DNA of 18,606 bases, from NCBI GenBank assembly GCA_963827755.1, contig CAWHCQ010000043.1:1-18606 (forward strand). The letters are read 5' to 3'. The DNA is from an uncultured Gammaproteobacteria bacterium (lineage in GTDB: Bacteria; Pseudomonadota; Gammaproteobacteria; UBA9214). The position numbers and the translations under genes were made by a program. Every line of letters starts with the position of its first letter. Positions within the stretch are counted from its first letter, which is position 1. Below are positions 17,001 to 18,606 of the stretch, in pieces. The notes beneath the pieces are model-generated. The model saw only the letters and a program-made list of their open reading frames with translations. It had not been told where the DNA came from and ran no database searches.

Positions 17001-18475
17001 TGGTAAGCCATATTAGCCTGCTGCTGGTCGTTGTACCGCTGATTGCCGCGCCCGTCGTCGCCATACTGCCCCGCGGTCGATTGCCCTGGGCGGTTGCGTT
17101 CATTGTCGCTGCCTCGTGTGCCGTGCTGGCCGGGATGCAGTTGTGGGCGGTTCTTTATGAGGGGGCAATCAGTTACGAACTGGGCGGCTGGGCGCCGCCC
17201 TGGGGGATTGAATACCGTATCGATGCGGTCAATGCCTTTGTCGCCCTGATCGTTGCCACTATCGCCGCAATCACACTGCCCTATGCGCTGCTCTCCGCGG
17301 AGCAGGAGATCCCTGAAGATAAGATACCGCTCTTCTATAGCGCCATGCTGCTCTGCCTGACCGGACTGCTGGGAATCACCCAGACCGGTGACATCTTTAA
17401 TGTCTTCGTCTTTCTGGAGATATCATCACTCGCCTCCTATGCACTGATCAGCCTTGGAAGACAGCGGCAGGCATTCACCGCCGCCTATCAATACCTGATC
17501 ATGGGCACGATCGGCGCCACCTTCTATTTGATCGGCGTGGGCCTGGTCTATTCACAAACCGGCAGCCTGAATATGCAGGATCTGGCAACCATTCTGCCCG
17601 GCGTTCTGCATCTTAATACCGTGGAAACCGGCTTTGCCTTCATCATGGTCGGCATTGCGCTGAAGCTGGCAATGTTTCCTCTGCATCTTTGGCTGCCCAA
17701 TGCCTATACCTACGCACCCTCGGTGGTCACCGTTTTTCTTGCGGCAACGGCCACCAAGGTCGCCGTTTATGTGATGCTGCGCATACTGTTTACGGTTTTT
17801 CCACAGGGCTTCGCCTTGACAACACCGGCCGACGAACTATTCATCGTGGCGGGTATCGCCGGCATTATCACTGCCTCCGTCTACGCCATCTACCAGGAAA
17901 ACATTAAAAGGTTGCTGGCCTACTCCAGTGTCGCGCAAGTCGGTTATATGGTACTGGGAATCGGATTTGCATCCGCAACCGGTTTGACAGCCACGCTGGT
18001 TCATCTGTTCAACCATGCCCTGATGAAAGGGGCGCTGTTCATGGCTGTTGGTGCCATTGTCTACCGTATCGGCGCGTGCCGTATGGAACAGATTCATGGC
18101 CTGGGCAGATCGATGCCCTGGACCTTTGGCGCTATCGTTATCGGCGGATTGAGTCTTATCGGCGTGCCGGGTACCGCCGGATTTATCAGCAAATGGTACC
18201 TGGTAGTGGCGGCTCTGGAACAGCAGGCGTGGATCTCGGTTGCCGTGATTCTGTCTGGCTCTCTGCTGGCCGTGGTTTATGTCGGAAAATTGATAGAGGC
18301 ACTCTATTTCAAACCGGTTTCAGATGCGGGAAAAGCGGTGAGTGAGGCGCCGATATTATTACTGCTGCCGACCTGGGCTTTGGTGCTCGCCAATGTCTAT
18401 TTTGGTCTGGACACCGACTTGACGGTGGGGGTTGCTGAAAAAGCCGCGGCCGTCCTGTGGGGGATGCAGCCATGA
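17000..18475 (+). CDS. mrpD: Mrp antiporter subunit D
   Basis: GGWAPPWGIE, GDIFNVFVFLEI, FPLHLWLPNAY, KRLLAYSSVAQ and NHALMK. Confidence 0.95.
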   Translation: MVSHISLLLVVVPLIAAPVVAILPRGRLPWAVAFIVAASCAVLAGMQLWAVLYEGAISYELGGWAPPWGIEYRIDAVNAFVALIVATIAAITLPYALLSAEQEIPEDKIPLFYSAMLLCLTGLLGITQTGDIFNVFVFLEISSLASYALISLGRQRQAFTAAYQYLIMGTIGATFYLIGVGLVYSQTGSLNMQDLATILPGVLHLNTVETGFAFIMVGIALKLAMFPLHLWLPNAYTYAPSVVTVFLAATATKVAVYVMLRILFTVFPQGFALTTPADELFIVAGIAGIITASVYAIYQENIKRLLAYSSVAQVGYMVLGIGFASATGLTATLVHLFNHALMKGALFMAVGAIVYRIGACRMEQIHGLGRSMPWTFGAIVIGGLSLIGVPGTAGFISKWYLVVAALEQQAWISVAVILSGSLLAVVYVGKLIEALYFKPVSDAGKAVSEAPILLLLPTWALVLANVYFGLDTDLTVGVAEKAAAVLWGMQP

Positions 18476-18606
18476 GTGCCGAGACACTGCTGCTGACGAT
18501 CCTCCTTCTGCCGCTGGCAGGTGCGGCCGGCATTATCATTGCCCGTAACCATCCTGATGTCAGAGAGGCGGTGACGCTGCTGACGTCTACATTGATTGCC
18601 GTTTTT
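18472..18606 (+). CDS. Second MrpD-family subunit (5' part, truncated by the window)
   Basis: ATGA overlap with mrpD; MSAETLLLTILLLPLAGAAGIIIARNHPDVREAVTLLTSTLIAV. Confidence 0.75.
   Translation, partial: MSAETLLLTILLLPLAGAAGIIIARNHPDVREAVTLLTSTLIAVF

Overview
GC-rich gammaproteobacterial-type chromosomal window with many single-base frameshifts in conserved genes, which are probably uncorrected read errors. From left to right: the 3' end of a small cytochrome-c-like gene, phhB, rsgA, and a secreted-protein locus with tandem nidogen-like domains and two JDVT-CTERM-like anchors that may be read as one polyprotein. Next come a 108-bp REPIN-like tandem array, the minus-strand ffs-dnaX-ybaB-recR-hinT cluster, and a tRNA-Ser(CGA)-tRNA-Ser(GGA) locus. 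The tRNAs are followed by two arrays of tRNA-3'-end repeats (3 x 182 bp and about 1.6 x 152 bp) that sandwich an RHH/GNAT toxin-antitoxin islet. The window ends with mltF, an MBL-fold hydrolase, tadA, a low-GC remnant and an mrpEFGB'BCDD antiporter operon. The most striking feature is the repeat system: each full unit, on the transcribed strand, has an antisense copy of the tRNA T-arm, a swappable cassette of GGA-loop (CsrA/RsmA-type) hairpins, a CCA-ending tRNA 3' mimic and a terminator.
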